NCBI RefSeq assembly: GCF_009914755.1
Contig: NC_060925.1
Direction: 5' to 3' (one strand)
DNA from: the human T2T-CHM13v2.0 reference genome, Homo sapiens
Length of the DNA stretch: 64,000 nucleotides
The first letter of the stretch is position 1, and each line of letters opens with the position of its first letter. The position numbers and the translations under genes were made by a program. A model generated the notes under the pieces. That model had not been told where the DNA came from, ran no database searches, and saw nothing but the letters and a program-made list of their open reading frames with translations. This document shows positions 16,431 through 35,883 of the stretch, one piece after another.

Positions 16431-16696
16431 AACACATGGACACAGGAAGGGGAACATCACACACTGGGGACTGTTGTGGGGTCGGGGGAGGGGGGAGGGA
16501 TAGCATTAGGAGATATAGGTAATGCTAAATGACGAGTTAATGGGTGCAGCACACTAACATGGCACATGTATACATATGTAACAAACCTGCACGTTGTGCA
16601 CATGTACCCTAAAACTTAAAGTATAATAATAATAAAATAAAAAAATACAAAGTTTATCTTCGTAATAAAAAAAAAAGTTTACCCCCCCCCAAAAAA

Positions 16697-16830
16697 AAAA
16701 CCCTAGATGATGGGTTGATAGGTGCAGCAAACCACCATGGCACATGTATACCTATGTAACAAACCTGCACATTCTGCACATGCATCCCAGAACTTAAAGT
16801 AAAATTTTAAAAAAATAAAAATAAATAAAA
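16697..16830 (+). mobile_element. 3' end and poly(A) of the older L1PA7/8-like element
   Basis: cctagatgatgggttgataggtgcagcaaaccaccatggcac...cccagaacttaaagtaaaa continues the 3'UTR interrupted at 10526. Confidence 0.92.
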
Positions 16831-16990
16831 CTGCTAGACGAAAACGTAGATTTATTTTGCCATGACTTTGGATTTGTCCATTTTTCTCTGTGTTATGACA
16901 CCAAAAGCCCAAACAACTAAAGAAAAAAAATAGATAAATTGAACCTCAATTTAAATCAAATTAGAAACTTTTGTGCTTCAGAAAAAAAAA
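16831..16990 (+). other. Probable 3' transduction (diverged old L1M ORF2 fragment plus second A-tract) carried by the older L1
   Basis: Lies between the L1 poly(A) and the right TSD aaaaatgttttgta (16987-17000). Sequence tatgacaccaaaagcccaaacaactaaagaaaaaaaatagataaattg resembles ancient L1 ORF2. Confidence 0.65.
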
Positions 16991-17279
16991 ATGTTTTGTA
17001 CCTTAAAAATGTCTTGTGCCCTTTGGCCCAGTAATTCCACCACACGTGGAAAGCCATTTTAAGTAAGGATTATGAAATACTATTGAAAATTGCCTTCTAT
17101 GTAAATATGTTCACTGCAGCATTTTTGTAACATTAAAATATTGGAAAGCAACACAAGTTCCCAATAACAGGTAAACAATTATAGAAAGTATAGGGTATCT
17201 ACTAAATAAACTATTATGCATCTTTTTAAAATTATGCCTGAAAGAACAACAAAACTGCTTATGTTGTAATATTAAAGTA

Positions 17280-17614
17280 CAGCTGTCCCTAGGTATCCTT
17301 TGGGGATTTGTTCCAGGACCTCCCACTGATACCAGAATTCACACATGCTCAAGTCCTTTATATAAAATGACATTGTATTTGCATATAACGTATGCACATC
17401 CTCTCATATACTTTAAATCATGTCTAGATTACCTATACTACCTAATACAATGGAAATTTTATGTAAATACTTGTTATGCTGTATTGTCTAGGGAATGATG
17501 ACAAGGAAAAATAGCCTGTACATGTTCAGTGCAGATGCAATTTTTTAAAATACTTTTTATCTGCAGTTGGTTGAATCAACAGATGCAAAGCCCATGGTTA
17601 AGGAGGGCCAACTA
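17280..17614 (+). mobile_element. MER2-like TcMar-Tigger MITE
   Basis: Termini cagctgtccctaggtatcc and ggttaaggagggccaact are approximate inverted repeats after a TA. Internal gatacc...atgctcaagtcctttatataaaatg matches recalled MER2. Confidence 0.8.
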
Positions 17615-18339
17615 CAAAAGGAGAGTGAAAACAGAGAATGTACTGCGGCTATATAAAATACCAAAAAAAAGAAAAGCAATGCAAAATTAGATATAGTTGT
17701 CTATTAGAGCAGGGTTTTAGGGGATTTTTTTCACCTCATATACAAGTGGAAAACAAATTTAACAACTGTAACAAACTTCATGTAATATGAGCACCTTCTT
17801 CAGTTCAATAGGCAATTATTGAGACCCAATAAATATTAGGCCGTAGGATAGGTTCTGTTATCTGTAAACAGCCTTCTGTGTTGCTACTAAGAAATTTCAA
17901 GAAGAAATATGGTTTTTTTTAACCATGAGACATTTGAGTCTCAACCACAAAAAAAGAAAAAAAAAATGCAGGAACATTTTACTGAGATATACCAGACTCA
18001 ACAATTTAGTTATGCACTTCCTTAAAAATGCCAGTGTCATCACCTGTGGTCTAGACATTTTTCCCAAAATAAGCATAATCAGTGATGCATAAACTCTACC
18101 CTTTCTTCGGTCATATTTGTGTAATGTAAACAGATCAGCTCCTGTCCATAGGATTTGTTCAGGCCATAGGGGAGTAACACTGGTACTTTCAAAAATAAAA
18201 CCACAAATTAAAAACATAAAAAATAAATAAGTCCAATTTGGAGAAAAATAGGGAACTCCTCAAATAGCAACCCACTTTGTTGGCCAGAAATGTTCATAAC
18301 TGTTCAAAAGCAATTCAACATACTCAAAAATAATGATTA

Positions 18340-18525
18340 CCATTCATGTTAATTAATATTGGTATTAATAATGCTTTCACTAATTTTTATTATTTTTTAT
18401 ATCACATCACAATTTTAATACTAAATATTATTAATAATTGACAATATTAATGGTATATTATATATTGTTATATATGTTTTGTTAATAAATTATTAATATT
18501 AATACTAAGTTAATATTAATATGGT
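18340..18525. repeat. AT-rich low-complexity tract
   Basis: Runs of taatatta/attaat with almost no G or C. Confidence 0.8.
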
Positions 18526-18984
18526 TGCACATAATTTTTTCATTAGTCTTCACAAAATAATTAATACCTAATTTTATAAGTGATAAAACTGAGGTTCAAA
18601 GAGGCTACATAATTTGCAAAATGTCCAGCATCTGGAAAAGGTCAAAGCATTTTCTAACAGAAAAAGCAGATGTTGCCAACTTGCTTAGTCATATCCTGTG
18701 CTTCAGCACTCTGCCTCCCTGAAAAACTGAAGCTCCTGAAATACAGTAGAGCACAAAGTAGGTCCTAACTGGATATTAATAATTATAATTATGACTAGCA
18801 ATGTGGTTCCAAAATTATAAATTTTAAATCTGATATCTAAGCATAGTGAAAGTGCATTGCAAAGGAGAAGAAATATAGATAGAAAAAATGTATTTTAATC
18901 TAGTTAAAATGTCAAACTTCAGTATATTCTTACCCCTATTTAGCAAATTTTACTTCTTTACCTTCAGATGCCAATTTAAAATAA

Positions 18985-19311
<327 letters not shown>

Positions 19312-19999
19312 TTCTTTCCTCTTTTCAAAACCCAGAAAGTAAAAGATGTATAGTCTCAGAATGTTGTGCCTTTCGAATTCGTATTTCAGTACTTCCAGTT
19401 TTCTGATCGAGTCTCAGTAACAATTACTGCAAACTTCTGTTTTTAAAAGCAGTATTGTATTTTGGTTTTCTTGGAAAACACCACTGGGAAGGTACATACA
19501 CACTGTTATCACAATGACGCATCTTCAAGAGGAAGTGAACACATTTAATTAGGACATGAAAGATTTGGAAACCTTAGTAGTCAAAAATAAAACTAGACAC
19601 TTCAGAAAGGAAATCTAAACTACTTTCCTTTCAAAAGGACTAAATGAAAGTTCATCAAAATAAAGTTAAGAGCCAACACATGAAAAGAGCAAAGTGATTA
19701 ATGGTGTCCCTTCATCAAAACTTTTGGAATTTAACAAAGATTTTTGTTCTTCAACTCAAAATTGGCATCTCCTTCAGGGGGCAAGTTACTATCACTTTTA
19801 CTTACTTATCTCTAGGAGCCTTAAGATGAAGAGAAAAAGTTTGCAGTCAGAAGACATGAGTTCTATTTCTTTTCCTGCAACTTGTCCAGCTGTGTAAAAT
19901 AGAGAAAAGAACAGATTTCTGCCTGATTTACAGAGCTATAATGCCTCTCAGACATGATAACATAGGTGAAACTTCTTTGCAAATAACAAAGCTCAAGAT

Positions 20000-20214
20000 C
20001 AGTGGTTCTCAAATGCTTTTGTTCCCAGGACATATTGGCCAATATCTGGAGACATTTTTGGTTGTCATATCTCAGAGTGCAGGTGCTACTTGGCATCTAG
20101 TAAGTGGTCCAGGCCAGGGGTGCTGCCAAACATCCTACAATGTACAGGACAGCTTCTTACAACAAAAAAATTACCCAGCCCAAATGCCAATAGTGATAAG
20201 GTTAAGAAACCCTG
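20000..20214 (+). mobile_element. MER20 hAT-Charlie MITE
   Basis: TIRs cagtggttctcaa and ttaagaaaccctg. Internal tctggagacatttttggttgtca and aaacatcctacaatg. Confidence 0.88.
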
Positions 20215-20483
20215 CCTCAGACAAATGTAAGCTACTCCCAGCTTCTCAAGCAATGTCTGGGGCCTAGGGACATCTCCTAGGTATGCCTGAATGACTGTAA
20301 TCCTGAGCAGACGTTCACTGTCCTCTGATCCAGCTGTTCTCACTCAGCAAGAGTGAGGAAGCAAAGTAGTCCTTCCCTTTCTGTCATGGCCCACAGCCCG
20401 AGGAGTGAGTTGCTGCACAAGGGCTGAGGGGAAGACTAACAAACCCTTGTCTGACTCAAACTTACTAACACTCACTTTCCCTA

Positions 20484-20690
<207 letters not shown>

Positions 20691-20700
20691 ACATCTGTTG

Positions 20701-20998
20701 GGCCAGGTGCGGTGGCTCATGCCTGTAATCCCAGCACTTTGGGAGGCCAAGGCGGGTGGATCACGAGGTCAGGAGTTCAAGACTTGCCTGACCAATATGG
20801 TGAAATCCCATCTCTACTAAAAATACAAAAAATTAACCATGCGTGGTGGCACGCACCTGCAGTCCCAGCTACTCAGGAGGCTGAGGCAGGAGAATCACTT
20901 GAACCCGGGAGGCAGTAAGCCAAGATCAGGCCACTGCACTCCAGCCTGGGTGACAGAGCAAGACTCCATCTCAAAAAAATAAATAAATACATAAATAA
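20701..20998 (+). mobile_element. AluS, full length, inserted at the tail of the preceding Alu
   Basis: ggccaggtgcggtggctca...ctccatctcaaaaaaat. TSD aaataaacat(c/t)tgttg at 20685-20700 and 20993-21008. Confidence 0.95.
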
Positions 20999-21270
20999 AC
21001 ATTTGTTGCACATCCACCTGCTTTCCATTGAGGAGGATATAGAAAATATACATCTCCTGTTTAGTAAATAAAATCTCTGCCATCGCCATATACAAGTTTA
21101 GAATTTAGTAAATGACACAACACAAACAACCAGTAAAGAATCCCAGACAATTCTGTTCATTCAAAATTACATGCGATATCACGCAGTGGCCAGGATAAAG
21201 ACATGGATCAGAAGAAATGGAAAGGCCTTCAGGACACAAGGGGCAACAAAGGAAGGGTGGCTAGGATAGG

Positions 21271-22222
21271 TGTAGTTAACTGTATGTTTCAATATGACTT
21301 GACACAGGGTACACAGGCATTTTGGCAAGCCTTATTCTGGGTGTGTCTGTGAGGGTGTTTCTGGATGAATTAACACTTGAGTTAGTAATCTGAATAAAGC
21401 AAATTGCCCTCCCTAATGTGGACGGGCCCCATCCAATCAGCTGAAGGCCTGAAAAAAAACATAAAAGCTGACCCTCTTGCAAGTCAGAAGGAATTCCTCC
21501 TACCTGCTGCCTTCACGTTGAGACATCGGTTTTTCCTGTTTCCAGACTCTGCTATAGACTGAATGTTGGTATCCCCCAAAACTCATATGCTGAAGCCCTA
21601 GCCCATAATGTGATGGTCTTTGGAGGTGGGGCCTTTGAGAGGTTATTAAATGAGATCATGAGGATGGGGCCCCCATGATGGGAATAGAACACTATTCCCA
21701 TCATAAGAGGAGATAAGAAGAGGAGAAACCAGAACCCCTCTCCCTCCAACTCCTGAGGACACAGCCAGAAGGCAGCTACCTACAAGCCAAAAAGAGGGCT
21801 CTCAGCAGAACTCTACCATTCAGGCACCCTGTTCTCAGACTTTCAGCCACCAGAACAGTGAGAAAAAATTTCTGTTGTCTAAACCACACAGTCTATGGTA
21901 TTTTGTTATGACAGCATGCGCTGACTAAGATAGACTCAAACTGAAACACAGGCTTTTCCTGTGTCTTAAGTCTGCTGGCCACTGGACTCCAGCTACATCA
22001 GCTCTCCTGGTTTTCTGACCTTCAGACTCATATTGGAACTATATCAGCAGGGTTCAGGGTTCTCCAGGGTTTCAGGGTTCTCCAGGGTCTTCAGCTTGCT
22101 AACTCACCCACCTTCCAGATCTTGAGACTTGTCAGCCTCCATAATCATGTGAGCAAAATTTCTATTAATTAATTAATTAATTAATCCTACTAGTTCTGTT
22201 TCTCTGGTGAACCCTGAGAAAT
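21271..22222 (+). mobile_element. ERV-L 5' LTR (MLT2, MLT2D-like), interrupted by an MLT1A LTR
   Basis: ttattctgggtgtgtctgtgagggtgtttctggatga, ccctaatgtgg, cagcctccataatcatgtgagc, ttctgtttctctgg..aaccctga. Homologous to 28003-28530. Confidence 0.88.
21550..21932 (+). mobile_element. MLT1A-type MaLR solo LTR
   Basis: tgctatagactgaatgt...ctgactaagata with 5-bp TSD gactc at 21545-21549 and 21933-21937. Confidence 0.88.
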
Positions 22223-28002
<5,780 letters not shown>

Positions 28003-28446
28003 TTGTGATAGCTTAATGTGTCATCTTGACTAGGCAAAGGTGTGCCTGGATATTTGCTCAAATATTATTCTGGGTGTGTCTGTACAGGTGCTTCTGGATG
28101 AGATAAAATATTTGAATTAGTAGACATAGTAAAGGTTGCCCTCCCTTTACTATGATGTGAGTGGGCCCCACTCTAACAGTTGAAGACCTGAATAGAACAA
28201 AAAGATTAAATCTCCTGCAAGTAAAAGGGAATTCCTTCTGTCTGACTGTCTTTGAACTGAGACATCAGTTTTTTCCTGTCTTTGGATTCGAACTGAAACA
28301 TCAGTTTTTCCCAGGTCTCGAGCCTAGTATCCTCAGGAATGGGACTACACCATCAGCTCTCCTGGATCTCTAGCTTGCCAACTGTAGGCATTGGGACTTG
28401 TCAGCCTCCATAATTGTATGAGCCAATTCCTTATGTATCTAATCTG

Positions 28447-28493
<47 letters not shown>

Positions 28494-28530
28494 CCTATTA
28501 GTTCTGTTTCTCTGGAGAACCCTGTTTACT
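28003..28530 (+). mobile_element. ERV-L 3' LTR (MLT2D-like) containing (CA)n
   Basis: tgtgatagcttaatgtgtcatcttgact...gttctgtttctctggagaaccctg. Follows the PPT. (CA)n at ~28450-28491. Confidence 0.88.
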
Positions 28531-28978
28531 ATAGTAGGGAAAGAGAAATTGTATAGCAGGAGCGAAATGCAGGAAGCAGCACTAAGGATGGACCATTTGA
28601 GGTGATGAGCCTGACCCTCTAAAAAAAGGTTAAGCAATTTAATGGGTGAGGAAGTTTTTTTGAAGCCTATATCCCCAACCAGTTCCCCAGGGCAGGTAGA
28701 TTTGTAAGGAGAAAAGGAGGAGAGATTGGTCGACCTCAAGAAATCTAGATATTCTTCAGGTAACAAACAAGAAAGCAGACACAGGTGAATGCTTTGGTTT
28801 CCCTGGAGGTCTCTCTCCCCAGCCATGGCCTGAGAGTGATAAAGAGGGTTTTAGAATGGGAATGAGGGGGAAGAGATAAAATAGATGGGTAGGCTTTCCC
28901 TCTCCCTTTCCTTCTTTGTCCATTATCCAGGTTTACTAGCAATAAGATGCCCTGTCTGTGAGTGCTGCATAGTCTTGG

Positions 28979-29353
28979 TGATATGGTTTGGCTGTGTCTT
29001 CACCCAAATCTCATCTTGAATTGTAGTTCCCATAATCCCCATAAGTCATGGGAGGAACTCGATGGGAGGTAATTAAATCATGAGAGGAGCTACCTCCATA
29101 CTGTTCTCGTGATAGTGAGTGAGTTCTCATGAGATCTGATGGTTTTATAAGGGGCTTTTCCCTGACTTAACTCTTCACTTCTCCTTGCTGCAGCCATGTG
29201 AAGAAGGATGTGTTTGCTTCCCCTTCTGCCATGATTGTAAGTTTCCTGTGGCCTCCCCAGCCATGCTATACTGTGAGTCAATTAAACCTCTTTCTTTGTA
29301 AATTACCCAGTCTCAGGTATTTTTTCATAGCAGCATGAGAACAGAATAATACA
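28979..29353 (+). mobile_element. THE1-type MaLR solo LTR
   Basis: tgatatggtttggctgtgtc...taataca with 5-bp TSD cttgg at 28974-28978 and 29354-29358. Confidence 0.93.
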
Positions 29354-29639
29354 CTTGGCAAACAGAAGAAATACCTTTCCTTCTTATCTGCTTGGGACAA
29401 ACAGAGCCCACAGCAGTGTAGAAGATCAAATCATGAGCCAACGAGCTATGAAAGAAGACAGAGGAGGCTCAGAATAATTCGTGTAACCCCAAAATTTGAA
29501 AAGAGACAGCAGGTCTTTGTATTTATTAGTCAACAGACATTTAACAACTGTATATAGCACAGGCCCCCTTGCCAGAATATGACTAAGGCCTGGTCACCCA
29601 GTGGCTTGGCTGCCACAACCTCCTCCCCAAGTGGGATGA

Positions 29640-29845
29640 GGTAATAAGAATTCTGGATGTGGAATCAGGAGACATAATTAAATCTCAGCTTGGCCACTTA
29701 CTAGCTTGTGCCTCTAAGAAAGTTCGTGAGCATTTCTAGGCCTCAATGTTGTCACTTGCAAACAGGAGACATTACAATACTTTCACAGAACTGCTATGAG
29801 ATATAAGTAACGTATGTTAGTGGTATGCAATAAGCTTTAGACAAA
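29640..29845 (+). mobile_element. MIR SINE
   Basis: tggaatcaggagac...ccacttactagcttgtg...ggcctcaatgttgtcacttgcaaa core-like sequence. Confidence 0.65.
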
Positions 29846-31221
29846 TACCAGATGAAGTCAGTGCCCCATAAATGTTGTTTTCCTTCCTTTTCTGTTGGTA
29901 TGCGCTCTGATTTTTCCATTCTGGTGAAAGATTGCTCTGTGCTGCATTGCAGAAGCAACCTTACCATTTCCTACCCTAAAATTCCTGTCCCAGACCCCAA
30001 GTCCAGCATCCTGAAGATGCCTTTCACCCCTTCTGGAAGTCTCAATGGCTCCAAGTACCCTCTAGATTCCTGCTCCTCCCCTTATTTGATTCCTTCTGTT
30101 TCTATCCTGCTTCTCTAGGGTATGGTCATAGCACAGTGTTGGACTTTCTGCTAACTTTAGGGTGATCTGATAAAGGTAAGAGCAAGGGCATTTGGTTGCC
30201 AACAGCCTCTCCTACTGCAAGGGGGGAGGGGACTTGTATGATCTTATGAGCTTGGATGTCCCTCCAAGAGGCTTTGACCAGTAACAGGCACAGATTCTAC
30301 AAGGAATCCTTGGTAAATCATAGCCTCAGGGTTAATCGTTAATCTCTCTGGGACTAGGAAATAACCATGAAATCTGCCTCTGGAAGGCCCAGTGTTCCTA
30401 TAGGGCTACCCCTTCCCCATATACCTGCTGGATGTCTGATTATTTTATATATGTTGATGATTAGCCTGCCCAGTGGATGTTCCCAGGTGAAGCAGCTCAC
30501 ATAATTTGAGGATAACAAGGATTCTCCATAAGCAAATCACAGCGTGTTATTACATCTTGCTTATTATTTTCCCAACAGTGGAAATAAATTTTCATTCTTC
30601 CTTTTTGACAAAACCACAACACGAATGATGCATTATGCAAAAAAAAAAATACAACCATCTTATGGACATATTATCCGTTTCTCAAACACTTTATTCTGTT
30701 CAACACCTCTGTTTTCTCTTATCAACTGCCTGTCCTAATCCCGTCAGTAAAGGTTCCAAATTTCATCCTCCCTCCTCCCTCTTAACAGATGACCTAACCT
30801 CCTACACACTAAGGAAGCTGAAGCCATTAACCAAAAATTCCAACTTTCCTCTCCTCCAATCCCAATGTCTATAATGTGATGATAAACGGGAACCAGGAAG
30901 TCCATAGCTCTGCAGAAGAGCCTTGTGTCTTGGCCAAAGAGAAAAGCCCTTTCTGAGAAATCTAGAAGTGATCGTTTGGTAGTGGTGAAGGCACAAAGCA
31001 ACATTATCTAGAAGGGAGAAGGAAAGTTAGTCATTACCACCATCAACAAAACATGCTTCTTTCCCCTTAGTAGAGTCAGCACTCAGCAAGAGTCTAAGGA
31101 AGAAGGTGACACAATGCTCTGTGGTGGTGCAATAAGGGATCTCAGAAGGAATCAGACCAAATTAGTTTTACATTTCCTTAAAATTTCTCACATCCTTGCC
31201 TTTGCATTCCTATCTCCCAAT

Positions 31222-31620
31222 CTTTCATTCATTCATATGATCAATAACTACTGAAATTTCTATGTGCCAGCACTCATGTAGGTAGTGAAGACAGCAGTAA
31301 TCAAAAATAGGGGAGTAAATGAAATAAATAAATATATAGTATGATAGAAGATGATATTTGCTAGGCAAAAGCAGGAGATGGGAATTTCTGTCAGGGAAGG
31401 GAGTCATTGCAACTACAAATAGGATAGTCGGACAAGCCATTTCTCAAAAGGTGACATGCAAGTCCTGAAGGAAATGAAAGAGTTTGCCATGCAGATATCT
31501 GCGAAACCATTATAAGCAGAGGGGAAAACAAGTGCAAAGACTCTGAGGCAGGAGACAGCCCAATGAGCATTCAAGGAACATGGAGAAAAATAGAAATGGG
31601 AAAGGATATGGTGATGCAGC
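31222..31620 (-). mobile_element. L2 3' fragment
   Basis: ttcattcattca...ctatgtgccagcact and gcaaagactctgaggcagga are typical of L2 read antisense. Confidence 0.6.
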
Positions 31621-31889
31621 AAGGGAGAGACACTAGGGGTATTATTTTTCCCTTCTCTATCCCCTTTGCCTTCCTAACTCAACTGATTGTTCAAGATCTG
31701 GCTCAGATTATACTTCTTCCAAGAAGCCTTCTCTGAATATCCCTCCCCAAATTGGATAAGAGTAACCCTTTTTCATACTCTCATGGCATTCTAAACAATC
31801 TTTTCTTAAGGAACTTACACACTGTATTCTGATAACATGTTTTACAGGTACTTAATAAGTGCTCACAAAATGTTTGTTGAAGGAATAAA

Positions 31890-31975
31890 AGGATGGATGG
31901 ATGGATGGATGGGTGGATGCATGGATAAATGAATGAATGGATAGATAAGATGGAATGAAATGGAAAGTGAATGAA
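31890..31975. repeat. (TGGA)n/(TGAA)n simple repeat at the end of a plus-strand L2 remnant
   Basis: ggatggatggatggatggatgggtggatgcatggataaatgaatgaatgg. Confidence 0.85.
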
Positions 31976-32414
31976 AGTAGTGAAGACACTAGCTGAAGCT
32001 AACTGGAAAAGAAGTACTGACAATGGAAATAAAAAGGAACAGACAGGTGTTAGAGACATTATTGAAGTAAAATGACAATATCTGGCAACTTTATGAATAT
32101 TAAAGTGGACAAGGAGAAAAAGAACTTTAAATGATCCTACAGGTTCTAGGAATTAAAAGGCTTAGGATGGTCATGTCTGATTTCTTCATCCATTTTAACA
32201 GCCCTTTATTGAGTTTTTCCTAAATTTCACTCCCTGTGCTAAGTGCTGGTAAGGCAAAGCTAAATAAGTCATGATCTCTCCCATCAAAGGAATATAGAAT
32301 ACCAGCACGAGACCACACAAAGCAAGGCCACAATCCTACTGTGCTGATGTAACATTGCAGCGCACTATTGTACAGCAGTAAATAGCACCTGCAGAATTTT
32401 TGACTCTTGAAGTT

Positions 32415-32650
32415 GGCAGTATGGCATGGGGGAAAGTGTAAGAGCTTTAAAGTCAAGAATCTTCAATTCCAACTCTGCACCTGAATATAGGAGACCTTGA
32501 GAAACCGTTTAAACTCTCTAAGTTTGGCTCTCCTCATTTGCAAACAATGAGACAATAAAACATACTTTGTATGGTTGGTAATAAAATGTAAAGGGATGAT
32601 ATATGGGTAAACAACTAACACGGTACCTTAGAATACTAGGAGCTTTAGCA
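32415..32650 (+). mobile_element. MIR SINE
   Basis: ggcagtatggcatggggga...accttgagaaaccgtttaaactctctaagtttggctctcctcatttgcaaa. Confidence 0.65.
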
Positions 32651-33441
32651 ATATCATTTGGCTTCCTTCTCCCTTGGTCCAAAGTTCAGCAAGTGGCAAG
32701 ATTGCACCATAAATCCCAGGGATTCAAAATTTGCATCAGACTCACTTTCAGACATACATTCAGTATCATGCTTACATTTAGTGTCTTCCATATTTTAGTC
32801 TGTACTGACATTTTAACAACCCTAAGAAAACACCTCCAACTTTAATATCTGGAGACCAAGTTCATTACGAGAGGACAAGAGGGAATAAAGCAGATACCAA
32901 ATTACTTTTTATATTCAGCATAAAAATAATTTTAGAAGTTTTATACAAACTTCCAATGTTCAATTAGACAGGACTCTACAATCACTGAAGTATTTCCATT
33001 GAATCATTGGCAAAGTCATCTATAGAAGTAAAGATCTCTCCTCAAAGAGTCCATGCAACCTCTCTCATTGAAACAGTTCTTCCCTGTTATATCTGCAAGT
33101 CTATGTTTCAATACTGAATATTTACATAGTGGTATTACTGAAATTTCAATCATATCTGCCACAGGAGAATTTGGGGGATCAGAAGTAAACATACTATTTG
33201 AATGTAGATCGAAAAACTAGGCAGAGGTAATCTCCAATTAATGCAGAGGCCCTTTGTAATAAAAGAACAGAGGAAAATGTGCCTATAGCATAGCAAAACC
33301 AAGATTTTTGTCTTTTTGCTGTTTCACAAGGAATAGGGTCAAAGAATAAGAGAAATAATACACACACCTCACACAGGACAGACGAAGAAGTTTTCTGGAA
33401 AACATTTATTAGTCCAGTGGAAAAGTGTGTTTGCCATCAAG

Positions 33442-33899
33442 TGTTTTAAGAGAAAAACTGGCTTTGGCATTGCCAATGCCAAAGAAAACCGGGAAGTTAA
33501 TTTTATTCTGTAACCATTGCAATAGAGAAAGAGAGACCTCAGTATAGACAGACCTTGGCTCAATTCTGAAAACAACAATGAGTGGAGATTTACAGCCAAA
33601 AATCAGGCTGGGGGTCAGTAGATAGAAAATTATTAACAGAAAATCCTCAAAGATAAATAGGATTCTGGCTAAACTGATTTGATAAGACTTGCTGAAGGCA
33701 GGCCAGGATGATCAGACATTGAGGTTGGGGAATGAGGAATCTGATCAGATAGCAAGGGTAAAGAATGTTCACTAAACCCAGCAGGATTCTTGAAAGATGG
33801 ACTAAATGGACCAAGGACAGAGCCCAAGAGTGAGGCCTAATCAAAAAGAGGACTTGGAGAAGCATAACTGAAGTTTGGTTAAGGAGAGAGTCTCAGTCA
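33442..33899 (-). mobile_element. MER31-like ERV1 solo LTR
   Basis: The reverse complement begins tgactgagactctctccttaaccaaacttcagt, like recalled MER31 (TGACAAAGACTCTCTCCTTGACCAAACTTTAGTC). Left boundary approximate. Confidence 0.7.
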
Positions 33900-34858
33900 T
33901 CAACAGAGAGAGACCCAACTGAAGTGAAAGTGACTACCATTCCCGGGGCACCCCTGACAAAGGGAGTCAGTGGGCCACCAGATGGAGGAAGACTCGGTGC
34001 AATCCCACTGGTACCTGAGGCAGCAGAGTGGTAAGTCCTAGGAATGGTTTGAGCCTGTCATTTCATTACCCCTAAGGAAAGGCAAGAGTGACCCTGAGGG
34101 CAGGGCCAGGGACTTTGGGTAGGGAGGATTTAACGAGAGGGCTGATGAGAGGGAATGGGTGGGACTAGAAGAAGTTTATGTATGTGGCTCACCTTCCTGA
34201 GGACCTAAAATGAAGCCTGATCCACCCCTCCCCATCCACTGTGAGGGAGTTAGCTCAAAGTCACCACTGATGATTCGCTCATCCCCACCCTCAACTCTGC
34301 ACTGCTTTAGGACACTTAAGCAAGCTCTTCAGTAAAACAGTTGCTTGAACATCATCAGAAATACATATGCTATCCAGAAAAGAGACACAAGTCTTCAGAT
34401 CAGAGCGAGTTGTAGGGAAAATACCTGCATACCCCAATGTGGAATGTTAGACCACAGTACCAACCAGTGAGGACCACATAGCTGAAAAAAAATTTTAAAT
34501 CCCTCTGAATTCTGTACCCACTCCCATAAAGGAGAGGTCTAAAATAAACCCACTGAAGGACCAAAAGGAGAGTCCATCCATGTATTAATTGTTGCATGTT
34601 CCCTACCTGGAAGCTGAAGTTACATAGCACTTTACATACCATGTGAAAGCATTCCTGGATGATGTGGAGGGGGAAGAAAGTGATGAAAATGAGAGTCTCC
34701 CTAAGATTCAGCAGTACAGATGCTCCAAAAACAGCTACCAAGGGAGAGATAAAGAAAATATAAGGAGGGTGTTAGTTTTCAAAAGAAAGGATGCAGTGGA
34801 GCATCTTTTAAATTATTAACCCACCTTCCTGGTATGGCAATAACTACTCTTGGGGAAA

Positions 34859-35536
34859 TGTAATATAATCTCCTGCCCACCCAGAAAAACCTCTCCACAA
34901 AAGTAGAAGAAAAAGAAAGCCATTATATTATTGAATAATCATTAAACCAGAATGTGTTGTGCATCACAGGTAAACTAAAGAAATTGCAAAAACAGAAAGA
35001 AATCTCATCCATTTATACAGCCAAGCAGATGGAACCCATTCCACACATGTACTCAAGATAAACAATAACTAGTATTCAAGTAAGAGGACTTGATGGCAAC
35101 ATTTGTTATACATAGTTCCTCCTAAATCCACCTGATAATTGGTGTAGCCACGATATTTGCTAATTGACTTTATCCAGAGGAAAAATAAGTTTTTTGCATA
35201 CTTGTGACTGGAAGTAGGTTAGTAACTTGGAGTCAGGGCCACTACTGAAGTTAGGTTCCTACCCTCTCCCAGAGTCTGGGAGACAGGGGCACTATCTCCT
35301 TGAATGATTCCATTTCAATGAGATAGCTCCCAAGTCCTTGAGGAAAAGATCCTTGGGTTGTAAAATTGGCAGACATCTTATTTAGCTTTTAAAAATTCTT
35401 ATGGATATCTCAAAGAATCAGAGAGAGAACTCATAAATATAATTTTTATTTAAAGTAAATGTTCTAAGGAAAGTGGTGAGTGAGTCTCTTTCCCTTCTGG
35501 CACCAGGGCAAATTTCTTTTTGTATTTACCCTTACA
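34859..35536 (-). mobile_element. ERV1-type solo LTR (MER90-like, tentative)
   Basis: TG...CA termini (tgtaat...cccttaca). The reverse strand has ccttagaacatttactttaa...tttttaaaagctaaataag, as recalled for MER90-group LTRs. Confidence 0.55.
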
Positions 35537-35883
35537 CTACCTCTGCCTTATTTACCACTGTATTTTCAGTGCCACACACTGGGAATGAGACAGTCTTTCC
35601 CATGCAACAATGCACTCAATCATGCAGTAAGTATTAACTCATTCAACATTGTTCTACATACTAGGAAAGGAAAGTAAATGAAATAGACAAAGCCTTGCAT
35701 TCACAAAGCTTCTATTCTATTGGAAGAAGGCAGGCAGAAAGAAATCATTTTATTTTATGCAGAGTTATGTGTACAGGGTTATCAGGGACAGCATCTCTGG
35801 AATTTGAAAGAACGAGGAACAAGTCATGTGGAGGGCACTATGGCAAGGGGGTGTATAACTACTGGCAATGTAGGTCTAGCCCA

